15,209 nucleotides of DNA from Alphaproteobacteria bacterium. GTDB taxonomy: Bacteria > Pseudomonadota > Alphaproteobacteria > UBA828. Shown here piece by piece: positions 1 through 9,663 of this stretch; position 1 is the stretch's first letter; each line of letters opens with the position of its first letter. The stretch is taken from NCBI GenBank assembly GCA_963667785.2, contig CAXXMU010000009.1, positions 1 to 15,209 on the forward strand, in the 5' to 3' direction. The translations under genes were made by a program, and so were the position numbers. Below the pieces are notes generated by a model. That model was not told where the DNA came from. It worked only from the letters and a program-made list of their open reading frames with translations, and did no database searches.

Positions 1-916
1 CGACCTGATCCCGGGTCAGCTCCGCCTCCTCCTGCGTCGCCACGAGGTTCTCGTGAATGTACCCCTGAAAGTAGGCGGGGTCGTCGGAGTTGACGGTCGC
101 CCGCATGCCAATCTCCAGCATGCGCCGGACCTCACGAGCCTTGAGGCTGCCGGTGACGCACCTGTTGGAGATCGGGCAGACCGTGAGCGCGAGGCCCCGC
201 CGCGCGATCTCCCGGCAGAGCGCCTCGTCCTCCAGCGCGTTGACGCCGTGGTCGATCCTGTCCACGCCGATGTCGTCGAGGGTCTGCCAGAGATGGCGGA
301 CCGAGTCTTCCTGATCCACGTCGCAGTGCATGGTGAGCCGGTAGCCCTCGGCGCGCGCACGCGCGAACACGTCCTTGAACTTGATCGGCGGATTGCCCTT
401 CTCGTCAGAATCTAGTCCCACGCCCACGATCCACTCCCGGTAGGGCAGGGACTGCTCCAGCGTCGCCATCGCGGAGGCGGCGCTCATGTCCCGCAGGAAG
501 CACATGATGAGCTGGGTGCGGATGCCGAGCGTCGCCTCCGCATCCTCCTGCGCCCGGCGAATGCCGCGAATCACGGTGTCGTAGGCGATGCCGCGCGTGG
601 CGTGCGCTTGCGGGTCGAAGAAGATCTCGGCGTAGAGCACGTTCTGGGAATGCGCCTTGGCGAGGTACGCGGTCGTGAGGTCGAAAAAGTCCTGCTCGGT
701 CGCGAGCACGCTCATGCCCTCGTAGTAGGCCTCGAGGAAGGACGGCAGGTCGTCGAAGTCGTAGGCGGCTCGCATCTCGTCCGCCGAGCGGTGAGGCAGG
801 GCCAAGCCATTGCGCCGAGCAAGGTCGAACTTGAGCTCCGGCTCAAGCGTCCCCTCCACGTGGACGTGCAGCTCCGCCTTCGGCATGCGCTCGATGAAGC
901 GTCTCATGTCCGTCAT
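1..916 (-). CDS. Adenosine/adenine deaminase family metallo-amidohydrolase (3' end beyond left edge of window); atypical active-site motif
   Basis: Manual translation from ATG at 916 (SD-like GGGGGTGA upstream): MTDMRRFIERMPKAELHVHVEGTLEPELKF...YAEIFFDPQAH...GVGLDSDEKGNPP...LTMHCDVDQ...RIDHGVN...LTVCPISN...ATVNSDDPAYF. The metal-binding HxH, RIDHG and SDDP motifs are present. The frame stays open to the window edge (305 codons), which is why the ORF track misses it. Confidence 0.93.
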   Translation of the reverse strand, partial: MTDMRRFIERMPKAELHVHVEGTLEPELKFDLARRNGLALPHRSADEMRAAYDFDDLPSFLEAYYEGMSVLATEQDFFDLTTAYLAKAHSQNVLYAEIFFDPQAHATRGIAYDTVIRGIRRAQEDAEATLGIRTQLIMCFLRDMSAASAMATLEQSLPYREWIVGVGLDSDEKGNPPIKFKDVFARARAEGYRLTMHCDVDQEDSVRHLWQTLDDIGVDRIDHGVNALEDEALCREIARRGLALTVCPISNRCVTGSLKAREVRRMLEIGMRATVNSDDPAYFQGYIHENLVATQEEAELTRDQV

Positions 917-1027
917 GATGTCACCCCCGTGGCTCAGCGCCGGCCATGGGCCACTCGGTTACAGGATAAGGCGGCAGGTTGCCACAGCACCCGGCGTCCG
1001 ACCGGGGCGCCCGATGTCCACGGACAA

Positions 1028-1055
1028 TTGCAACCGCCCGTCGTCTCACTATGCT
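1028..1055 (+). promoter_or_regulatory. Putative sigma70 promoter for the small ORF / PuuD-like gene
   Basis: TTGCAA (1028-1033), 16-nt spacer, TATGCT (1050-1055), ending about 40 nt upstream of ATG 1094. Confidence 0.55.
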
Positions 1056-1093
1056 AGGCAATTGCGAATCGTGATTGCAGGGGGGCAGAGAAA

Positions 1094-1186
1094 ATGACCA
1101 ACCCGCTGACATCGCTCACTCAGACCGTGGTCATGGGGGTCATCCTCACCGTGATCATCGTCGCCATTCTCTACGGCATAAGCTGA
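1094..1186 (+). CDS. Small (30 aa) single-transmembrane-helix protein, or the separated N-terminal helix of the downstream PuuD-like protein
   Basis: ATG 1094 to TGA 1184-1186 encodes MTNPLTSLTQTVVMGVILTVIIVAILYGIS. Purine-rich SD-like AGGGGG lies upstream, third codon positions are mostly G/C, and there is one uninterrupted hydrophobic stretch. Too short to appear in the ORF track. Confidence 0.7.
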   Translation: MTNPLTSLTQTVVMGVILTVIIVAILYGIS

Positions 1187-1202
1187 GCGAGGGGGTGAGG
1201 CG

Positions 1203-1733
1203 ATGGATATTCCATTGGTTGACTACCATTGGTGGACATTCTTCTTCCGCTGGACCCATGTCCTTGCGGGCGTGATGTGGATCGGGCTGCTCTGGTACTT
1301 CAACTTCGTCCAGATCCCGAACATGCCGAAGATCCCGGACGAGCAGAAGCCCGCGATCGGCAAGGTGATCGCGCCGGCGGCGCTCTTCTGGTTCCGCTGG
1401 GCGGCGCTCTTCACGGTCGCGACCGGCATCGTGCTGGCGCTGATGAACGAGTACTTCGCGGATGCCATCACCTTCGGCATCCTCGGCGCAGCGACCGACG
1501 GGCACGTGCTGAGGCACACCGCCATCGGCATCGGCATGTGGCTCGGCATCATCATGATGCTGAACGTCTGGGTCATCATCTGGCCCAACCAGAAGCGGGC
1601 GCTCGGCATCGTGGAGGTGGAGGCGGATCGCAAGGCGCGATCCGCGCGTTACGCCATGCTGGCGTCGCGCACCAACACGATGCTCTCGATCCCCATGCTC
1701 TACAGCATGGTCTCGGCGCAGAACGTCTACTGA
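1203..1733 (+). CDS. Urate hydroxylase PuuD-like (Urate_ox_N/DUF989-type) integral membrane protein, short form without cytochrome c domain
   Basis: Motifs RWTHVLAGVMWIGLLWYFNFVQ, ALFWFRWAAL, MMLNVWVIIWPNQKRALG and ASRTNTMLSIPML. Several hydrophobic helices; SD GGGGGTGAGG upstream; no Cys, so no CxxCH. Confidence 0.85.
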   Translation: MDIPLVDYHWWTFFFRWTHVLAGVMWIGLLWYFNFVQIPNMPKIPDEQKPAIGKVIAPAALFWFRWAALFTVATGIVLALMNEYFADAITFGILGAATDGHVLRHTAIGIGMWLGIIMMLNVWVIIWPNQKRALGIVEVEADRKARSARYAMLASRTNTMLSIPMLYSMVSAQNVY

Positions 1734-1750
1734 CGCGATAAGCCGCATGT

Positions 1751-1788
1751 CCCCGCCCGGCCGCCGCATCGTCCGGCGCCGGGCGGGG
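1751..1788. terminator. GC-rich hairpin between convergent PuuD-like and hpnE genes (possible terminator or stabilising stem)
   Basis: CCCCGCCCGGC (1751-1761) is the exact reverse complement of GCCGGGCGGGG (1778-1788), with an inner GCCG/CGGC extension. No U-tract. Confidence 0.45.
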
Positions 1789-1800
1789 CGCATCCTCCGA

Positions 1801-3081
1801 TCAGCCGGCGGCGAGCGTGCGGAGCGCGTGGCTTGCGCTGCAGTGACGCCCGAGCGTATCGCGCCCTCGATGGTGGCGGGCAGCCCCGTCGCGGTCCAGT
1901 CGCCGGCGAGGAAGAGGTTGCCGAGGCGGGTCGCGGGCCGGCGGACGCAGCGGCAGGGAGGCGGGGACCTGGGCGAAGGTCGCGCGCTTCTCCTTGACGA
2001 TGCGGACGGCCGGCATGGCCGCCTGGCGACAGTCCAGCGCTTGCGAGACGTCGGACCAGATGGTCTCGGCGATTTCCGCCGCAGAGCGCTCCGCGAGGTC
2101 GCCCGCCGCGCTCACGGTGACCGAGGCGATGTCGCCCCGCGCAAAAATCCACTGAGCCGTGCCGCCGACGACGCCGAGGATGGCGCTGCCGCCCGGCATC
2201 GGCACCGGCCGGTCCAGCCGGAAGTGCGCGTTGACGATGGGCCGGGTCTCCAGCGGGGCGGGGATCTCGGGCAGGAGCTGGGTGCAGACCTGCGGCGTCA
2301 CCGCGAGCACGGCAACGTCGCCCGGCGCGAACGCCGCGTCGCCGCTGTCTTCATCGCCCGCGAAATCGAGGCCCGTCACGGCGCGCCCGTCGTGCGCGAT
2401 GGCGCGGAGCCGCCGGTTGTAGCGGAGACGCCCGCCGCCGCGTTCCACGTAGCGCACCCCCGGCGCCACCAAGTTGGGTCCCAGCCCCTCGCGGGTGAGA
2501 TAGGCGCGGCAGGCGGCCTCGCCCCGGCCGAAGGTGAGGCGGAGTACCGGCCAGAGCAGGCGCGCCGACGCCTCGTCGATGGCGGCGTTGAGGACCGCCA
2601 CGGTCAGCGGCTCCCACAGGCGTTCCAGCAGCGGCCCCGTGCCGCCGAGCCGCTCCGCCGCGGTGTCGCTCTCTTGCGCGCGGGCGAGGGCGAGGCCCGC
2701 GATGTAGTGGCGCGCGCGGCTGCCCGGCACGCGGCGCGCCGGCGCCATGATCCACCACGGCAGCGGGCCCGCATTGGGGCGCACGGTCCAGCGCTCGCCC
2801 GTCCGCAGGTCGACGAAGGGGAAGGCCGCGCGCTCCTGACCCACCAGGCCGTCGCGGGCGCCGACGGTCTCCAGGTACGCGAAGACAGAAGGATTGGCGC
2901 CCAGGATCAGGTGATTGCCATTGTCGATGGTGCGGTCCAGGGTGGCGTCGTGGAACGAGCGGCAGCGGCCGCCGGCCTGCGCCGCCGCTTCCCAGAGGAC
3001 GACGCGCTGCCTCGCCTTCACCAGCTCCACGGCGCAGGAAAGCCCCGCCATGCCGGCGCCGATCACGTGAACGCTCGCCAT
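1801..3081 (-). CDS. hpnE: Hydroxysqualene dehydroxylase HpnE (FAD-dependent); C-terminal conserved motif out of frame (frameshifted allele or sequencing indels)
   Basis: True start is ATG 3081 (SD GAGGGAG): MASVHVIGAGMAGLSCA (Rossmann GxGxxG), GGRCRSFHDATLDRTIDNGNHLILGAN, PIVNAHF, RIVKEKRATF. The expected TRLGNLFLAGDWTATGLPATIEGAIRSG is encoded in a shifted frame at about 1845-1931. Confidence 0.85.
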   Translation of the reverse strand: MASVHVIGAGMAGLSCAVELVKARQRVVLWEAAAQAGGRCRSFHDATLDRTIDNGNHLILGANPSVFAYLETVGARDGLVGQERAAFPFVDLRTGERWTVRPNAGPLPWWIMAPARRVPGSRARHYIAGLALARAQESDTAAERLGGTGPLLERLWEPLTVAVLNAAIDEASARLLWPVLRLTFGRGEAACRAYLTREGLGPNLVAPGVRYVERGGGRLRYNRRLRAIAHDGRAVTGLDFAGDEDSGDAAFAPGDVAVLAVTPQVCTQLLPEIPAPLETRPIVNAHFRLDRPVPMPGGSAILGVVGGTAQWIFARGDIASVTVSAAGDLAERSAAEIAETIWSDVSQALDCRQAAMPAVRIVKEKRATFAQVPASLPLRPPARDPPRQPLPRRRLDRDGAARHHRGRDTLGRHCSASHALRTLAAG

Positions 3082-3110
3082 GCTCCCTCGCATCCTTTTG
3101 GGCGCGCCCA

Positions 3111-3139
3111 TGTATAGGCGAGGGGAGGCGCACGGCCAA
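3111..3139 (-). promoter_or_regulatory. Putative sigma70 promoter of hpnE
   Basis: On the minus strand TTGGCC (3139-3134), 17-nt spacer, TATACA (3116-3111). It is followed directly by the perfect 12-bp palindrome TGGGCGCGCCCA (3099-3110). Confidence 0.5.
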
Positions 3140-3276
3140 CGCGGGGACTCTTTGTCGCTCACGGCAGCCGGCCTGCGGCCGGCGCCTCCGCGAGGGCGCC
3201 GCATTCGCGGCGGGCCGCGGTCGCGGCCTGTCGCGAGTCCGTCAAGGACGGCCTCGCTCCGCGGGGAGGTGCCTGA

Positions 3277-4122
3277 GTGATGCCCGCGCTGTCTGCGGTC
3301 GGCGCGCTCGCGCGCGAGGCGGACTACGACCGCTACCTCTCCGCGCTGTTCGCGCCCGCCGGCGGCCGCGAGGCGCTGTTCGCGCTGATCGCCTTCAACC
3401 AGGAGATCGCGCGCATCCCCGAGGCGGTGAGCGAGCCGATGCTGGGCCGCATCCGCCTGCAGTGGTGGCGGGAGGTGGTGGAGGCCGCGTACGCCGGCGA
3501 GCCCGCCCGCCGCCACGAGGTGGCGGTGCCGCTCACAGACGCGATCCGCGCCTGCAGCCTCGAGCGTGCGCCCCTCGATGCGTTGCTCGATGCGCGGGAG
3601 GGCGACCTGGAGGAGGGCGGGCCCGCCGATCTCGCGGCGCTGGAGCGTTACGCCGCCGCGACCGGGGGCGCGCTCACGGCGCTCATGCTGCAGGCCTCCG
3701 GCGCGGGCTCCAGTGCGGCGCTGGAGGCCGCGAGGCAGGTGGGCACCGCCTGGGCCTTGATCGGCACGCTCCGCGCGGCTCCCGTCGCTGCCGCACAGGG
3801 CCGGGTCATGCTCCCGGCGGACCTTCTCGCCGAGGCCGGGATTGCGGCCGCAGATTTGCGGGCGGGACAGGGCTTCGACCGGTTGGCCGGCGTCGCCGAG
3901 CCGGTCGGGCGCCGCGCCGCCGCGCTGCTCGATGCGGCGCGGGACGCGCGGCGGGCGGTGCCCCGGCAGGTCCGCGGCGTGCTGCTGATCGCCAGCCTCG
4001 CCGATCTCTACCGCGCGCGGCTGCGCCGGGCCGGCTGGGACCCGCGCGATCCCGGCGTCGACGTGGGCCTGCTCCGCAAGCAGACGGCCATGCTGGCAGG
4101 GGCGGTCACGGGCCGCTACTGA
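3277..4122 (+). CDS. Squalene/phytoene synthase-fold protein, NDUFAF6-like subfamily (lacks DDxxD)
   Basis: DYDRYLSALFAP, ALFALIAFNQEIARIPEAVSEPMLGRIRLQWWRE and LERYAAATGG. SD GGGGAGG at 3263-3269; start is GTG 3277 or ATG 3280. Confidence 0.88.
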   Translation: MMPALSAVGALAREADYDRYLSALFAPAGGREALFALIAFNQEIARIPEAVSEPMLGRIRLQWWREVVEAAYAGEPARRHEVAVPLTDAIRACSLERAPLDALLDAREGDLEEGGPADLAALERYAAATGGALTALMLQASGAGSSAALEAARQVGTAWALIGTLRAAPVAAAQGRVMLPADLLAEAGIAAADLRAGQGFDRLAGVAEPVGRRAAALLDAARDARRAVPRQVRGVLLIASLADLYRARLRRAGWDPRDPGVDVGLLRKQTAMLAGAVTGRY

Positions 4123-4138
4123 CGGGCGGATGCGCCCG
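4123..4138. terminator. Short hairpin between convergent stop codons
   Basis: CGGGCG-GATG-CGCCCG (6-bp stem) in the 22-nt gap between stops at 4122 and 4145. No U-tract. Confidence 0.25.
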
Positions 4139-4144
4139 CCGCCC

Positions 4145-4702
4145 TCACCAGTACCGGCGCCGGCGGCGCCTGTACGGGGTCCTTCTGATCGACACACCGA
4201 TGAGCGCCAGCAAGAGCCGCAGCACCAGTGCAAGTCCTGACAACGACGAGCTCTCCGGCCTCGCCGCTGCCGGCCGGCCGCGGCGGGCGCGGCGCCAGTC
4301 CTTCGGCCGCTCGAACGATCCGGCCCAGAGCCCGCGCCGGTGCCTGCGGGCCTCGGCTTCGAGGTGGCGGTACTGCGCGCCGTACTCGGCCACGGCCCAG
4401 CCCTCCGAGACCATCCAGGCGCAGACGTCGACGGTACTGCCGTCCCGGTGCATGAGCTCGATGCGGGCGAGCTGGCGGCGGTAGCGGTCAAGGTCGCCGG
4501 GGTGGCAGACGATGTCCACCTGCCAGCCCTTGTCGTTCATGTCGACGAGGTAACGCGAGAGCGCATCCGTGGCGGCGTCGCCCGCATCGAAGCGGCGGCC
4601 GCGCGCGTCGGTCGCCGGCTGGCCGTTCTCCGGCGCGTCGATGCCGGTGAGCCGATAGCTCGTCCCATCGAACTTCACCGTGTCGCCGTCGACGATCCGC
4701 AC
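4145..4702 (-). CDS. Thermonuclease (staphylococcal nuclease-like, SNase) family protein with C-terminal hydrophobic/basic tail
   Basis: RIVDGDTV, YRLTGIDAPE, DLDRYRRQLA, MVSEGWAVA and LEAEARRHRRGLWAGSFERPKDWR are SNase motifs. The only plausible start after the trmFO stop is GTG 4702 (GGGTGAG upstream), giving 185 aa. Confidence 0.85.
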   Translation of the reverse strand: MRIVDGDTVKFDGTSYRLTGIDAPENGQPATDARGRRFDAGDAATDALSRYLVDMNDKGWQVDIVCHPGDLDRYRRQLARIELMHRDGSTVDVCAWMVSEGWAVAEYGAQYRHLEAEARRHRRGLWAGSFERPKDWRRARRGRPAAARPESSSLSGLALVLRLLLALIGVSIRRTPYRRRRRRYW

Positions 4703-4725
4703 GAGCTGCTCACCCGTTGCTCGGT

Positions 4726-6081
4726 TTACGCCGCGGCGGCGCGGCCGTGCCCGAGCCAGCGGCCGAGGTCGGCGCGTGCGCGCTCGACCATCGCGGCCTT
4801 GCGCGCCTTCTTGGGCACGCGGCCTGCGAGCGGCGGGAACAGGCCGAAGTTCACGTTCATGGGCTGGAAGGTCCCGCCCGCGCCGAGGTGCCCGCCGGTG
4901 ATGTGCGCGAGCAGCGCGCCGAAGGCCGTGGTCGGCGGCGGGGGCGGAGCCTCGGCGCCCGCAAGTTCCGCCGCGGCGAAGCGGCCGGCGAGCAGGCCGA
5001 TCGCCGCGCTCTCGACGTAGCCTTCGACGCCGGTGATCTGGCCGGCGAAGCGCACGTGCGGCGCTAGGCGCAGCCGCAGCGCGGCATCCAGCAGCACCGG
5101 GCTGTTGATGAAGGTGTTGCGGTGGATGCCGCCGAGCCGGGCGAAGCGCGCCTGCTCCAGCCCGGGGATCAGGCGGAACACCCGCTTCTGGGCGCTGTGC
5201 GAGAGCTTGGTCTGGAAGCCCACGACGTTGAAGAGCGTGCCGAGCGCGTTGTCCTGGCGAAGCTGCACGACCGCGTGGGGGCGGGCGCCGGTGGCCGGGT
5301 CCGTGAGGCCCACTGGCTTCATGGGGCCGAAGCGGAGCGTGTCGCGCCCGCGCGCCGCCATCACCTCGACCGGCAGGCAGCCTTCGAAGTAGGGCGTATC
5401 GCGCTCCCAGTCCCGGAAGGGGATCGTGTCGGCGGCGAGCAGGGCGTCGATGAAGGCCTCGTAGCGCTCGGCGTCCAGCGGGCAGTTGATGTAGGCCGCG
5501 CGCTCGCCGCCCGGCCCCGCCTTGTCGTAGCGGGACTGGAACCACGCGGTCTCGAAATCGATGCTGTCGTGGAGGACGATGGGCGCCAGCGCATCGAAGA
5601 AGGCGAGGTGGCCCTCGCCGGTCGCATCCAGGATCGCCTGGCTGAGCGCGGGCGCGGTGAGCGGGCCGGTGGCGACGATGGCGGGGCCGTCGGCCGCATC
5701 GGGCAGGCCGGGCATCTCGGCGCGGCGCAGGCGGATGGCGGGCGCGTCCTCGATGGCCTGCTGCACCGCCTCGGCAAAGCCCGCGCGGTCCACCGCGAGG
5801 GCCTGGCCGGCCGGCACCTTGTGGCGGTCGGCCGCCGCCATCACCAGCGATCCCGCGCGGCGCATCTCCTCGTGCAGGAGGCCCACAGCGTTGCGCTCAG
5901 CATCGTCGGAGCGGAAGGAGTTGGAGCAGACCAGCTCGGCCAGCCGGTCGCTGACGTGGGCCTCCGTGCCGCGCACAGGGCGCATCTCCCAGAGCTCGAC
6001 CGGGACGCCGCGCCGGGCGATCTGCCACGCCGCCTCGCAGCCGGCGAGGCCGCCGCCGACGATCCGGATCGGCTTCTCCAC
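4726..6081 (-). CDS. trmFO: Methylenetetrahydrofolate--tRNA-(uracil-54-C5)-methyltransferase (FAD-dependent) TrmFO/Gid
   Basis: [65 protein letters not shown] and [14 protein letters not shown]; GTG start. Confidence 0.97.
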   Translation of the reverse strand: MEKPIRIVGGGLAGCEAAWQIARRGVPVELWEMRPVRGTEAHVSDRLAELVCSNSFRSDDAERNAVGLLHEEMRRAGSLVMAAADRHKVPAGQALAVDRAGFAEAVQQAIEDAPAIRLRRAEMPGLPDAADGPAIVATGPLTAPALSQAILDATGEGHLAFFDALAPIVLHDSIDFETAWFQSRYDKAGPGGERAAYINCPLDAERYEAFIDALLAADTIPFRDWERDTPYFEGCLPVEVMAARGRDTLRFGPMKPVGLTDPATGARPHAVVQLRQDNALGTLFNVVGFQTKLSHSAQKRVFRLIPGLEQARFARLGGIHRNTFINSPVLLDAALRLRLAPHVRFAGQITGVEGYVESAAIGLLAGRFAAAELAGAEAPPPPPTTAFGALLAHITGGHLGAGGTFQPMNVNFGLFPPLAGRVPKKARKAAMVERARADLGRWLGHGRAAAA

Positions 6082-6110
6082 CTCCGCGCTCTCCGCTGCC
6101 GGCTTCGGGC

Positions 6111-8996
<2,886 letters not shown>

Positions 8997-9032
8997 GGGC
9001 GCTGACGAAACGGCTCGGGGGATCGAGTCCCG

Positions 9033-9061
9033 AATATAGGGGCTCGGGCGCCGGAAGGCGA
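9033..9061 (-). promoter_or_regulatory. Putative sigma70 promoter of uvrA
   Basis: Minus strand TCGCCT (weak -35), 17-nt spacer, TATATT (9038-9033) in a CCTATAT context. Confidence 0.4.
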
Positions 9062-9112
9062 GCGCCGCCGGCATGTATCGCTGGTATGCGCGATCGGCAT
9101 AAAGAGCGCGGT

Positions 9113-9141
9113 TTGAGGCAGGTCAGGCGATGGGCTACAAG
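9113..9141 (+). promoter_or_regulatory. Putative sigma70 promoter of ssb
   Basis: TTGAGG (9113-9118), 17-nt spacer, TACAAG (9136-9141); SD GGAGG at 9161-9165. Confidence 0.45.
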
Positions 9142-9172
9142 TCGGGCCTGCACGCACGACGGAGGTTGGGTC

Positions 9173-9637
9173 ATGGCGGGGAGCGTCAACAAGGTCATTC
9201 TGGTCGGCAACCTGGGACGCGACCCGGAAACCCGCCATACCCAGGACGGCAGGCCGATCTGCAACATGTCGGTCGCCACCAGCGAATCCTGGAAGGACCG
9301 CCAGACCGGCGAGCGCCGCGAGCGCACCGAGTGGCACCGCGTCGTGATCTTCGACGAGCGCGTTGCCGAGGTCGCGCAGAACTACCTGCGCAAGGGCTCC
9401 AAGGTCTATCTCGAAGGCCAGCTGCAGACCCGCAAGTGGACCGACCAGTCGGGGCAGGAGCGCTACACCACGGAGGTGGTACTCCAGCGCTTCCGCGGCG
9501 TGCTCACGATGCTCGACAGCCGTGCCGATGGTGGCGGCGGCGGGCGGGGCGACTACGGCGGCGGCGAGCCGGCCGGCGCGCCCGCGGCCGCGGCAGAGAG
9601 AGGCGCCGCCGACCTGGACGACGACATCCCGTTCTAG
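9173..9637 (+). CDS. ssb: Single-stranded DNA-binding protein
   Basis: ATG 9173 after [52 protein letters not shown], a Gly-rich linker and the C-terminal DDDIPF tip. Confidence 0.98.
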   Translation: MAGSVNKVILVGNLGRDPETRHTQDGRPICNMSVATSESWKDRQTGERRERTEWHRVVIFDERVAEVAQNYLRKGSKVYLEGQLQTRKWTDQSGQERYTTEVVLQRFRGVLTMLDSRADGGGGGRGDYGGGEPAGAPAAAAERGAADLDDDIPF

Positions 9638-9638
9638 A

Positions 9639-9663
9639 GCGCGTCCGGCTTTGACGGACGCGC
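9639..9663 (+). terminator. Hairpin immediately after ssb stop
   Basis: GCGCGTCCG (9639-9647), 7-nt loop, CGGACGCGC (9655-9663): perfect 9-bp stem with no U-tract. Confidence 0.45.

Noticed and set aside
3277-4122. Annotation as hpnC, hpnD or crtB
   Set aside because: Lacks the DDxxD catalytic motif; the RIRLQWWRE signature matches the NDUFAF6-like subgroup.
1801-4491. 896-aa ORF suggesting an N-terminally extended or fused HpnE
   Set aside because: The extension is the antisense of the synthase-fold gene. The Rossmann motif, SD and promoter place the start at 3081.
4145-5545. 466-aa ORF suggesting a long nuclease or a TrmFO-nuclease fusion
   Set aside because: The upstream part is an alternate frame inside trmFO, which ends normally at TAA 4726-4728. 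No slippery sequence seen, and SNase similarity starts at about 4702.
8997-9172. N-terminal extensions of uvrA (from 9074) and ssb (from 9086) in the ORF track
   Set aside because: Conserved N-termini begin at 8996 and 9173, and the extensions run over the predicted promoters.
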